From the IMG/VR virus record IMGVR_UViG_3300017971_000066, positions 1-52,866 of that record: a DNA stretch of 52,866 bases, one strand, 5' to 3'. The stretch comes from a virus (taxonomy: Duplodnaviria; Caudoviricetes). Both the position numbers and the translations under genes were made by a program. Of this stretch, positions 29,132 through 37,011 are shown piece by piece. The number at the start of each line of letters is the position of its first letter. Within the stretch, counting starts at the first letter, position 1. The notes under the pieces are model-generated. The model worked only from the letters and a program-made list of their open reading frames with translations, was not told the origin of the DNA and searched no databases.

Positions 29132-29375
29132 TTATGCGTCCTGTCTGTTCATCGTGTAGTTCAACCAGCGTTTGGTAACCTGGGCGTGATCGATCAGCAT
29201 TAATCATGTCCCGGTTGGCTATCTTAAAATCTGTTATTGCCCGGCGTGCCCGGACCTCATCTTTCTTGGCCAGTGTCAGCGACTGAAAGAAATTGCCTTG
29301 GTAGTAATACACCCGGCCTTTCATCTGTTTCTTGGTTCTCACTTCCGCCAAGATCGTAATATCCATCATGACCAC
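29124..29375 (-). CDS. Hypothetical protein (83 aa)
   Basis: ORF overlapping both terL and portal. Confidence 0.55.
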   Translation of the reverse strand: MVMMDITILAEVRTKKQMKGRVYYYQGNFFQSLTLAKKDEVRARRAITDFKIANRDMINADRSRPGYQTLVELHDEQTGRINA

Positions 29376-30865
29376 CCGGATGCAGCCTTCGCTCTGACTG
29401 CACGCGCTTTCGGCCTCGCGTTCACCAGCAGGATCGGATTAGCAAATGACATCATCAAAGCATCCGCCATGTTGGGTGATTCAATACCCAGTCTGGCCAT
29501 ATCCTGCTTGGACATGATCTGGATCAGGCCGGTCGGGGTCCGCTTTAATGGGATCCTGCACACCTCGGATCTCAGCAGATCCAGCGACTCAATGCCTGAA
29601 TCGAATGAGATCAGCTCATCCGGGTCAAAGTATTTCTTCTTCTCTACCGCTTGGTAGGTTCTGTAAATCCGGTCACGAAGCAGCCAGTAGTATTGTGCGC
29701 GCTTGTTCTTAAACGTCTGCTTGTTGGTCTTCACACCTACATCACCAGCCGCTTCGTAAAGGTCGTCGGGTCTGTCTACGGAATTTGATCCCTTGAACAT
29801 TTCGACTTTAATTCGTTTGGGCATCAGCGCATCTTTAAACTGGCGCCGAAGGCCTACTCCCATTCCGTCACCGTCCCATAAGAACATATCGGGCTTTCGC
29901 TCTTCGCAGTATTCGATGGCCCAGTCTCCGCCTTCATTGATGTCGCCGATGTTTCGCTCTTGAGCATCAAGGATGACAACGCCGTGACGATAAGTAAGGC
30001 CTTTAGCGTCCGAACCATCGTCTGACGGGTCATGAGTGACAATTTCAATACCTCTTGGTTCAAATCCCAGCACCTTATGCGCATCTACGCAGGCATCAAA
30101 CCAATGAGGCATGATGATCGCGTTCTCGACTGTATCGGCATAAGCTCCCAGCCACTTGTGTTCATACGCTGCAGGACTCAGGTTTTCCTCGTCATCTGCG
30201 CGCTCAGATTCAAGACCAGACGCCTCGAACCACTTCTTTGGCATGTCAGTGTAGTTAATCTCGACGATCATGATGTTGTCGTCTTCGTAATAACCGCACC
30301 TGGCTAAATCTTTTTCAGCACGCTTGAGCCACTTCTGACTGATCGGATCCGTGCTGTTGCCCCGGTTCAGGGTGATCCAGATCTCCGGCATTTTGACATC
30401 TTCGCCGGCTATCACTCGTTCGGCATCTGCTGCAGATAATCGAAGACTGGCGGACAATACGCGCAATGTCTCAGCGCTTAGGCTGTCTCCTTCCTCTATC
30501 CAGAGCCCGTCAACACCGGAAAGCATTGACTTCAGGGATCCGATATTCCTGCCCAGGCCGCGGTAGAAGTTCCTGCCGCCACTGGCGTGATAAATGTGGT
30601 TGTTGTCGCTGGTGAATCCCTCGAACCCCAGCCGAACCGCTTCATCAAGCATCAGTCTGTGAACTGACTCGTCAATACTGTTCTGGAATTCACGACCGCA
30701 GCACCAGAGCTGCCCCATGCTCATCCCTGACAGAACGTAGTCAGATACGAACGTGGACTTGGTTGAACCTCGACCACCGACAATGATCTTGATTCTCTTC
30801 GATTTGAGAATCAGCGGCTCAAGTTTTTGAGCGCATTTAATCCTCATCCGGTGCAGTGCCGACAA
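29366..30865 (-). CDS. terL: Terminase large subunit (PBSX/Terminase_3-like, 499 aa)
   Basis: Walker A GGRGSTKS, REFQNSIDESV, Walker B LWIEEG and nuclease SPNMADALMM. Confidence 0.95.
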   Translation of the reverse strand: MSALHRMRIKCAQKLEPLILKSKRIKIIVGGRGSTKSTFVSDYVLSGMSMGQLWCCGREFQNSIDESVHRLMLDEAVRLGFEGFTSDNNHIYHASGGRNFYRGLGRNIGSLKSMLSGVDGLWIEEGDSLSAETLRVLSASLRLSAADAERVIAGEDVKMPEIWITLNRGNSTDPISQKWLKRAEKDLARCGYYEDDNIMIVEINYTDMPKKWFEASGLESERADDEENLSPAAYEHKWLGAYADTVENAIIMPHWFDACVDAHKVLGFEPRGIEIVTHDPSDDGSDAKGLTYRHGVVILDAQERNIGDINEGGDWAIEYCEERKPDMFLWDGDGMGVGLRRQFKDALMPKRIKVEMFKGSNSVDRPDDLYEAAGDVGVKTNKQTFKNKRAQYYWLLRDRIYRTYQAVEKKKYFDPDELISFDSGIESLDLLRSEVCRIPLKRTPTGLIQIMSKQDMARLGIESPNMADALMMSFANPILLVNARPKARAVRAKAASGWS

Positions 30866-31217
30866 AAGTAATCATGCCGGTATGTTTGTGCGTGTTCTCG
30901 CTGGTCACGACTTTCTCGACCTTATCCTGCCAGCCGAAGTTATTTTTCAGGTTGAAAATACAGCCGGCAGGGTTCCGCCCAGTGAGCAATCCCAGCTCGA
31001 TTCCATGCTCGACTCTGAGCTTTGCTTTTTTTACTGTGTCAGAAAATTTGTCTTTTTCCCCGTATTCCAGCAATCCCTGTCTGGTCAGATCCAGAGCAAG
31101 GCAGAGTCCAGTAACAGTAGCGGGAAGCTCATCGGCAGCGCATTCAGCGAAGTATCCATCGATCTTCTTCTGCATTTCTGCGACAGTTTTGAATTTGGGT
31201 GGTCTACCCGCGCCCAT
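30837..31217 (-). CDS. terS: Terminase small subunit (126 aa)
   Basis: GRPPKF, TVTGLCLAL and IFNLKNNFGWQDK; directly upstream of terL. Confidence 0.9.
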   Translation of the reverse strand: MGAGRPPKFKTVAEMQKKIDGYFAECAADELPATVTGLCLALDLTRQGLLEYGEKDKFSDTVKKAKLRVEHGIELGLLTGRNPAGCIFNLKNNFGWQDKVEKVVTSENTHKHTGMITFVGTAPDED

Positions 31218-31578
31218 CTTTCATAGTCTCCTGAATTGCTGCGCTCAGTTGTGATTGTGTTGGGATGAGAATAGTTGTCTCACCTTTTTCGTGTCTGTCT
31301 CTACGCTTATCGGATATTTGTTTAACGACCGCCAAGGCGATTTCCCCGATACCCGTGTTGGGATCTTTAGCCAGATGGCCCAGCTGGTCCCGGTCCAGAC
31401 TGAAGGTGATATCGATATTGTCCATGGTGACAAATCTCACAGTGAACCCGGAGTTATCATCGTGCCTGAAGAACTGCAGACCATTGTCGTCAGTATCAGG
31501 AAGTTTGCTGCGATCTGCCAGCTCGCCCAGTATCTCGGACATAACCTGGAAGATCTCACGAAAATTAAATTCTTGCAT
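31204..31578 (-). CDS. Hypothetical protein, first gene of the late operon (124 aa)
   Basis: GAGG RBS before ATG 31578; overlaps the terS start. Confidence 0.65.
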   Translation of the reverse strand: MQEFNFREIFQVMSEILGELADRSKLPDTDDNGLQFFRHDDNSGFTVRFVTMDNIDITFSLDRDQLGHLAKDPNTGIGEIALAVVKQISDKRRDRHEKGETTILIPTQSQLSAAIQETMKDGRG

Positions 31579-31834
31579 ATTACCTCGGAGGCTACTCGCG
31601 TTTCCGGGTTGGGGTGAAGGTACCCGCCAGCAAGGGAGGCTAACCGGCGGGCCTTCGTTCAACACAATAAACTACAGCTTGGAGTTTGATACCGGGAGTT
31701 TCACCCACTATCACAATTCAGTATATATCTGCACAGTGAATTTAAAAACCGGCATATCTATCGCTTTTAACCCAGCAAAACGTACAGTCTGCACGCATGG
31801 GGTAATTAGCGGACACTTTTTTTTCATCAAACCC

Positions 31835-31863
31835 TTGCATTATCGTGACGCGTCACATATATT
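31835..31863 (+). promoter_or_regulatory. Sigma70-like promoter with a palindromic operator in the spacer
   Basis: TTGCAT-17 nt-TATATT; perfect palindrome GTGACGCGTCAC at 31845-31856. Confidence 0.75.
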
Positions 31864-31916
31864 CGTATTAGAGCGTAAGCTCAGAACCAAAACTCACAAA
31901 CGAAAAGGAAAGGAAA

Positions 31917-32105
31917 ATGGACAGATACAATTCACAATACGAGGAATATGACGGTATTCAGGTAGAACACATCGAAACCATCGAGATCACTGCAGCAGCA
32001 GATGAAGATCTCCCATTCTATAAATTATTTGACATCCTCATGTTCGGGCTGGCCGCAGCAATTATCTGGCTCGGCGCTGTCGCATCACTCATCATGATTT
32101 ACTAG
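31917..32105 (+). CDS. Small acidic protein with C-terminal TM helix (62 aa)
   Basis: AAGGA RBS; C-terminal ILMFGLAAAIIWLGAVASLIMIY. Confidence 0.7.
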   Translation: MDRYNSQYEEYDGIQVEHIETIEITAAADEDLPFYKLFDILMFGLAAAIIWLGAVASLIMIY

Positions 32106-32115
32106 GAGCAAGACA

Positions 32116-32352
32116 ATGGAAAAAACCATCAAAATCTCAAACACCATCGATCTGACAGTCGTACCCAATGACGACCGGCCCGGCGTGAATATCTTCATCG
32201 AGAAGGTCGTCGAAAGACGTGGCCGCCGGATCACTGTAGCCTACGCCTCACTGGCTGTTGCCCAAGACTGGGAAGAGTTTGACGACGGCACCCGCGTTCC
32301 ACAATACGCCATCAAGGCAGCCGAGAAGCTGGCCGAGAAAGTCGGTTACTAA
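32116..32352 (+). CDS. Hypothetical protein (78 aa)
   Basis: AGGAG RBS; codon usage similar to neighbouring genes. Confidence 0.75.
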   Translation: MEKTIKISNTIDLTVVPNDDRPGVNIFIEKVVERRGRRITVAYASLAVAQDWEEFDDGTRVPQYAIKAAEKLAEKVGY

Positions 32353-32353
32353 A

Positions 32354-32411
32354 GTCGAAACCGCCTCCGGGCGGTCTGGCCGGGCGGTTCCCGGTCACTG
32401 ATGAGACAACC
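32354..32411 (+). ncRNA. Type II hammerhead ribozyme with a loop I / 3' tail pseudoknot
   Basis: GUC-GAAA-CCGCC(UCCG)GGCGG-UC^-UGGCCGGG(CGGUU)CCCGGUCA-CUGAUGA-GAC-AACC: full catalytic core, three stems and a GGUU/AACC pseudoknot. Predicted cleavage is after C32376. Confidence 0.93.
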
Positions 32412-32427
32412 AATTAGGAGCAATACA

Positions 32428-32985
32428 ATGACACTCAAATACGAAAAAACTGCAGAAATCGGCGACATGATCAAAGCCTATGACTTCCAGCCATACGCCG
32501 GCAGGGCGCCTTCGTTCATCGAGGGCAAGGTCGTCAACAAGGGCTATGACCTGTCTGTACCTTACGCCGCCTATGAAGTCGTCGTTACCCGCGACGTTTT
32601 CGGTGGTGAAGAAGAGCAGGCCCGCATCGGTGAAACCTTCTACGTGCCATTCGAGTCAACCATGGACTACGACGGCAGAGTAGAGGTTATCGTTAAACCC
32701 AGCCCAATGGTCGTCACTCGCAAGATTGGCCGCAACAAGGGCCGGCCCAGACTCTGGTTGGAGGGCAAGATCCTGACCGCTGCCGGCTTCGGGCCCGGTG
32801 ACCGGTACAATTTTGTTGAAGGCTGGATCATTAAAAACAACGAAGAAGGCTCCAGAAAGATCTCCGGCAAGGGTGATAAGCCCATCGTCGATATTCTGGG
32901 CCGGGCGCTGGAAGAGCTTTTCGATGAGATCCCAGAAACCGTGACAGTGACAGTCGCTGGTCCCGGTTTAATTTTAATCAGGTAG
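32428..32985 (+). CDS. Two-domain protein with a C-terminal AbrB/SymE-like domain (185 aa)
   Basis: AGGAG RBS at 32416-32420; C-terminal 'PRLWLEGKILTAAGFGPGDRY...PIVDI...VTVTVAGPGLILIR'. Confidence 0.7.
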   Translation: MTLKYEKTAEIGDMIKAYDFQPYAGRAPSFIEGKVVNKGYDLSVPYAAYEVVVTRDVFGGEEEQARIGETFYVPFESTMDYDGRVEVIVKPSPMVVTRKIGRNKGRPRLWLEGKILTAAGFGPGDRYNFVEGWIIKNNEEGSRKISGKGDKPIVDILGRALEELFDEIPETVTVTVAGPGLILIR

Positions 32986-32992
32986 CACAGCT

Positions 32993-33030
32993 GTTGGCGG
33001 TTTCATCATGGAATCGCCAACTTTTTTTTT
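32993..33030 (+). terminator. Intrinsic terminator
   Basis: Stem GTTGGCGGTTTC...GAATCGCCAAC followed by T9. Confidence 0.85.
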
Positions 33031-33041
33031 GGAGAAATAAC

Positions 33042-33380
33042 ATGAAATACACTGTAATAACCCAGTATTACGACGCTGACGAAGTGATCCAGACCGTAAA
33101 AGAAGAGTTTGGATCCATGTTAGACGCCAGAAGTGAAATGCGCCATGCACTGGAAGATGAGGCCACTATCCTTGTCAAAATCTGGGAAGGTGACTACAAG
33201 GTATCGCCAATGGAAACGGTACAGGGCAAGTCATTCAGGGAAATGGCGCTGACCCCTGCTGAACGTCAAGCGCGGCGCAGAGCCCGCCAGCAGGCAGCAG
33301 GCTTTAAGGAAGTTCGTGGGATCTGGGCAACCCCTGAACAGGAAATCAAAATCAAGCAGTTTGCCCGCTCGTTAGTTTAA
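33042..33380 (+). CDS. Protein with a C-terminal putative RHH/antitoxin-like DNA-binding domain (112 aa)
   Basis: GGAG RBS; 'ALTPAERQARRRARQQAAGFKEVRGIWATPEQEIKIKQFA'. Confidence 0.7.
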   Translation: MKYTVITQYYDADEVIQTVKEEFGSMLDARSEMRHALEDEATILVKIWEGDYKVSPMETVQGKSFREMALTPAERQARRRARQQAAGFKEVRGIWATPEQEIKIKQFARSLV

Positions 33381-33390
33381 CTTCCAATTA

Positions 33391-33434
33391 AAACGGGTTT
33401 TTTGCAGAAAAACTGCAGAAGGCCCGTTTATTTT
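33391..33434. terminator. Hairpin between convergent operons
   Basis: AAACGGG-TTTTT-TGCAG-AAAAA-CTGCA-GAAGG-CCCGTTT, followed by a T-rich run. Confidence 0.6.
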
Positions 33435-33778
33435 AACTTTCTTTCCAATTTGCTGTGCAGTTCATCTATCCAGCTGCGCACCGTGTTCCTGTGAATCTTC
33501 ATCTGCTGCGCAACCCGCGCATTCGAGTGACCGGCTTTGTACTTGCATTTACATAACCTGATCAGCTTGGGTGGTAGTTCACCGATGGCATGATCAATCG
33601 ACATCATCATGTCTTCGTCCAGTAGTGTTTTATCCCAGACAGTATCCGAGCCTTCCCCCGCTTCGATCTGTTTTCTTTTTATCAGCCGACCGATGACTGT
33701 CCCACCCCGGTTTATTATCATGTCGCCGCGACTCCAATCCCCCCACTGCCACAGCTTTTCTTCTACCGACTGTATCAT
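33428..33778 (-). CDS. Late-gene regulator, antiterminator Q-like with sigma region-4-type HTH (116 aa)
   Basis: 'EEKLWQWGDWSRG' N-terminus, 'IDHAIGELP' and a C-terminal HTH; last gene of the nin-like region. Confidence 0.7.
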   Translation of the reverse strand: MIQSVEEKLWQWGDWSRGDMIINRGGTVIGRLIKRKQIEAGEGSDTVWDKTLLDEDMMMSIDHAIGELPPKLIRLCKCKYKAGHSNARVAQQMKIHRNTVRSWIDELHSKLERKLK

Positions 33779-33890
33779 CCACCAGAACCTCTTTTGTCGA
33801 AAACCTGAACCCACAGTTCTGGCACTGCCTTCGGCGACGGTCCGTCGTTCGTATTACGTTCGTCTTCGCGTCGCACTTTGGGCATTTCAA
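33630..33890 (-). CDS. Zinc-ribbon protein (NrdR N-terminal-like)
   Basis: MKCPKC...RRRRQCQNCGFRFSTKE. Confidence 0.75.
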   Translation of the reverse strand: MKCPKCDAKTNVIRTTDRRRRQCQNCGFRFSTKEVLVDDTVGRRKAVAVGGLESRRHDNKPGWDSHRSADKKKTDRSGGRLGYCLG

Positions 33891-34138
33891 TGCACTGTCT
33901 CCCCGTGTGGTGTCATTATTATTTGCTCAGAGACATGAGATTCGAGCTGGATCACCATACGCAGGCACATATCGTAGGCCTTGATCATGATGTCGTCCGC
34001 CAGCTGGTAGTTTTCGTCCTGCATGGCATCAAGCGCATCCTCCAACGCATTGCGGGTGCCGTACAGGACCGCCGCTGATTGACCGAACAGCTGAATCATT
34101 TCCGCCTGCGTTACTTGCATGTTTTTCAGGTCTGCCAA
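33887..34138 (-). CDS. Hypothetical protein (83 aa)
   Basis: TTG start after GGAG; coupled to the zinc-ribbon gene. Confidence 0.55.
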   Translation of the reverse strand: MADLKNMQVTQAEMIQLFGQSAAVLYGTRNALEDALDAMQDENYQLADDIMIKAYDMCLRMVIQLESHVSEQIIMTPHGETVH

Positions 34139-34280
34139 TTTCGTTTATCTCCATGTCGTAATCTGGTCCGAGCTTACGGATAAGGTCGCGCATTGTTTTG
34201 TGTGCGTGTCTTGAGCTATCTTCGATCTCAGGAGAATAGTAGATGTGAAATCCGTGTATGACAATCTCGCAGAGTCTCAC
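34029..34280 (-). CDS. Hypothetical protein
   Basis: Start overlaps the stop of the upstream gene; overlaps the downstream ORF by 110 nt. Confidence 0.45.
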   Translation of the reverse strand: MRLCEIVIHGFHIYYSPEIEDSSRHAHKTMRDLIRKLGPDYDMEINEIGRPEKHASNAGGNDSAVRSISGGPVRHPQCVGGCA

Positions 34281-34588
34281 AGCCCAGCCCTGCGCAGCCG
34301 GTTCACCAACTCTATAGCCTCGTCTTCAGTTTCTATTTTGTGGATCTCACCTTTCCATGATGACCAAAATTCCTCTTCATCCTTCGTGAGCTTGCGGGCA
34401 CTGGGGTCTTTTTCGCCGTCTTTAATCTCGACCATGTGAGCTGGCCCGCCTTCGCGTACAGCCAGAAGAACATCTGGAAAACCTGGCACAGGATTAGCGT
34501 GAGTATGAGCGACAGAGCAACCAAGACTCCGCCAAAGCCTAACCAGAGCCGGCTGATTCGCATCGACCTTACAAGCATACTTAGGCAT
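34277..34588 (-). CDS. VRR-NUC-like PD-(D/E)XK nuclease / resolvase (103 aa)
   Basis: KVDANQ, GFPDVL, VEIKDG and LTKDEEEF..W.G motifs. Confidence 0.85.
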   Translation of the reverse strand: MPKYACKVDANQPALVRLWRSLGCSVAHTHANPVPGFPDVLLAVREGGPAHMVEIKDGEKDPSARKLTKDEEEFWSSWKGEIHKIETEDEAIELVNRLRRAGL

Positions 34589-34778
34589 CCTCGTCGATCT
34601 CTTCGGGTTTTGGTTTGTAGGCCCACTGTCGGCAGCGCTCGCCGATCTTGGGCCAGCCGTCCATGCCGATCAGACATCCGCCAGACCGGTGTTGCTGACA
34701 AGTGGAACAGTCTAGGATCGAAGCAGACCAGCCTCGACTAAAAGTTCTGTTGTGCGATGGGTACCTTCGTAAAACCAT
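34581..34778 (-). CDS. Small Cys-rich hypothetical protein (start uncertain)
   Basis: CSTC...C...C pattern filling the gap between two genes. Confidence 0.4.
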   Translation of the reverse strand: MVLRRYPSHNRTFSRGWSASILDCSTCQQHRSGGCLIGMDGWPKIGERCRQWAYKPKPEEIDEDA

Positions 34779-35020
34779 AAGCGCAGTAGCTCTTGTTTGT
34801 AATTTGTTTTTATTCTTCCGTCTACAGCATCATGACAAGCGCTGCATCCGTATGAACCATAGTCTACTTTTTTGCCGTCCGGGGATTTGAATACAGATTT
34901 TCTTCCCATCCCAGCCCCAGGTGCATGACAGAACACTACTGTCTCAGGGTTATGGTTGCAAATTCCGGGCACCCTGATCAGGCAGTCTTGGCCTCTTGCA
35001 GATTCTGTGATCTTGCTCAT
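34712..35020 (-). CDS. DUF1364/YbcO-like zinc-binding putative nuclease (102 aa)
   Basis: SARGQDCLIRVPGICNHNPETVVFCH...CSACHDAVDGR. Confidence 0.88.
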   Translation of the reverse strand: MSKITESARGQDCLIRVPGICNHNPETVVFCHAPGAGMGRKSVFKSPDGKKVDYGSYGCSACHDAVDGRIKTNYKQELLRLWFYEGTHRTTELLVEAGLLRS

Positions 35021-35628
35021 TTATGCGGCCACTCGTCGTTAAAGTTTATCAGCTTTTCTGGCTGCATACAGTATCTCATCCCGTCTTTTTTTGGCAGCTT
35101 GAAGAGATTTTCCGGGCGCTTCAGATCCTCCGATAATATCCAGCCGATGATTTCAAGCGGCGCCTTCTGGGCGAGTTTGTCTTTTGTTTTTGGCCACAGA
35201 TCATAGACCAGCAGGTATGCGTCGCATTCACGCGTGTCCTCATCTACCACCAGTAGGCCATTGTGATAACCTATCCCTTTCACATCGACAGTACATCCTG
35301 AATTCATTTTCAGATCATAACCGTGGCGTTTTTGTGATTCAGTTACCGTGTCGTAGTAGAGATTCATCATTCTGGCAGATGCGATCTCACCACGGGCGCC
35401 AATCGCATTGGCCAGCACATTCGGATCAACACCGGGAATGGACGGCGTGTCTGGTGCATGGCGATTGTTGGTATTGCCTGCTTTTATGTTCTGTTCATTG
35501 CGCAGCTGGGCCAAGTTTATAGCCGCCTTCCGTTCATGAAGATTCAGCTCGACGACGGTCCTGTCGAATTCCTCTTCGCTGAACAAGAAAATTTTTTGGT
35601 AGGTGTTTTCAATGGTTGGTCTTGGCAT
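35017..35628 (-). CDS. Putative PD-(D/E)XK-family protein (203 aa)
   Basis: 'GARGEIA', 'GYDL...TVDVKG' and 'IIGWI' motifs. Confidence 0.6.
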   Translation of the reverse strand: MPRPTIENTYQKIFLFSEEEFDRTVVELNLHERKAAINLAQLRNEQNIKAGNTNNRHAPDTPSIPGVDPNVLANAIGARGEIASARMMNLYYDTVTESQKRHGYDLKMNSGCTVDVKGIGYHNGLLVVDEDTRECDAYLLVYDLWPKTKDKLAQKAPLEIIGWILSEDLKRPENLFKLPKKDGMRYCMQPEKLINFNDEWPHK

Positions 35629-36097
35629 TTCTTAATTCTCCAAGTCTTCTCATTTCTTCTTCACTCGGAAACTCAACGTGAATCCCAAACAGCTCACCGG
35701 TTCCCCTGTCGAGATTCATGTAAACATCATTGACCTGGCGCTTGGATAAATGCCGGCTGCTCTTCACTTCCGGGTAAAGCGCTGCCTGCACACGGTCCCA
35801 CATTTCATGCTTACAGTTGTCCTTGGTCGGCATGATCGGCATGCGGATAGCTGTGCGCATATCAAGCCCGGCGTCGTTCATTGCCTTGGCCAGTCGCGTG
35901 AGATATAGCCACATGGCGTTCTGCTGTTTGCGTGTGAGCAGTTCGATCTCTTCGTTGGTCATGGCGAAGGTAGCTGGCTCGAACATCATGAAGGCCTCGA
36001 AGGCCTCATCTTGTGTGACGTTCGGATGGGTGTCTGCGTACATGGTGGAGATCTCTTTGTGCGTGATCTCCGATCCGCAATGTGGGCAAGCAATCAT
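35609..36097 (-). CDS. NinB/DUF1367-like protein with N-terminal CPHC (162 aa)
   Basis: 'TRKQQNAMWLYL..LA' and 'SSRHLSK' are NinB-like motifs. Confidence 0.65.
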   Translation of the reverse strand: MIACPHCGSEITHKEISTMYADTHPNVTQDEAFEAFMMFEPATFAMTNEEIELLTRKQQNAMWLYLTRLAKAMNDAGLDMRTAIRMPIMPTKDNCKHEMWDRVQAALYPEVKSSRHLSKRQVNDVYMNLDRGTGELFGIHVEFPSEEEMRRLGELRNAKTNH

Positions 36098-36381
36098 TTT
36101 GTTTCCCCAATGTGCTTACTAAGTGGTGCTGTTTCTATTAACGGCAGAATCCTAGACATAGGTTCATTGCGCCATTGTGGAGAAGATGCCATAGACTCTA
36201 TATCTTCTAAAACATCACGCAGTCGCTTGTTTTCGCCTTCAAGCCTTGCAATGGTAATCTCATACAACTGCCCTTGACTTTGATGGAACTCTATAAATTC
36301 ACGTTGCCGCTTGTTTTCTGCTTTCAGTATTTTTATGTACTGCGCAATCTCTAAGCCGCCCAGTTTTAAAGTATCAGTCAT
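36094..36381 (-). CDS. Hypothetical coiled-coil protein (95 aa)
   Basis: ATG within the GGAGAAAAGTGATGA coupling motif. Confidence 0.6.
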   Translation of the reverse strand: MTDTLKLGGLEIAQYIKILKAENKRQREFIEFHQSQGQLYEITIARLEGENKRLRDVLEDIESMASSPQWRNEPMSRILPLIETAPLSKHIGETK

Positions 36382-36556
36382 CACTTTTCTCCCGTAGGGC
36401 TTCATGTGCTCTACCAGTAACATCGCCTCGCTCCCTGATGATTAATACCAAAGCCTCACGATACCGATCACGTTCGGCTTTAAGTTCAGCGTTTTTTTGC
36501 TCAAGTTCGTTGATTCTTGGAACTAAAATAACTTCAATCTCGTAGTCACTCATCAC
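36374..36556 (-). CDS. Hypothetical coiled-coil protein (~60 aa)
   Basis: 'RINELEQKNAELKAERDRYREAL'; coupled ORF. Confidence 0.6.
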   Translation of the reverse strand: MMSDYEIEVILVPRINELEQKNAELKAERDRYREALVLIIRERGDVTGRAHEALREKSDD

Positions 36557-36785
36557 TTTTCTCCTGTAGTGCCTTTAAAATAGGCGCATAGTTCGTGCCT
36601 TGCATTACAGGACAAAGCCCAACAGCAGCCTCATGAGCAAACTCCATTGCTGATGTTTTTGTTTGCAGAGTTCCTAAATGTATATTATTTCCAAGGTGAA
36701 AATGTCCATAGACTTCCCAAAATGGTTTGATAGAACTGCCTCTATTATAGAAAGTCACTAATTTGTAATCCCATCTCTCACTCAT
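36546..36785 (-). CDS. Hypothetical protein (79 aa)
   Basis: GGAG RBS; AT-rich accessory gene. Confidence 0.6.
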   Translation of the reverse strand: MSERWDYKLVTFYNRGSSIKPFWEVYGHFHLGNNIHLGTLQTKTSAMEFAHEAAVGLCPVMQGTNYAPILKALQEKSDE

Positions 36786-36786
36786 C

Positions 36787-37011
36787 TTAGGCTCCTGCTT
36801 TATCGATGTGTTTATTTACTATACCCATAATTCCACTGGCAAGTTGTTTCACTTTGTGACTGAATATAGGATCATTTTGATAAGCATGAGTCCATGGCGG
36901 TTGTGATGTTTCTCTATTCATTCCAGTAAAAGGAAAAGGGTTCTCAAGTCGCCATTGATATTCTATTAACCCATCAACTAGCTCCTCATATATCGCTTGT
37001 TTATCAATCAC
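36787..37011 (-). CDS. Hypothetical protein (74 aa)
   Basis: Coupled ORF, AT-rich. Confidence 0.6.
   Translation of the reverse strand: MIDKQAIYEELVDGLIEYQWRLENPFPFTGMNRETSQPPWTHAYQNDPIFSHKVKQLASGIMGIVNKHIDKAGA

Noticed and set aside
31687-31713. tRNA gene
   Set aside because: Only a T-loop-like hairpin is present; no cloverleaf or acceptor stem could be built.
32401-32427. ORF-track start at 32401 for the 194-aa ORF
   Set aside because: That ATG lies inside the ribozyme core (CUGAUGA); the AGGAG RBS supports ATG 32428.
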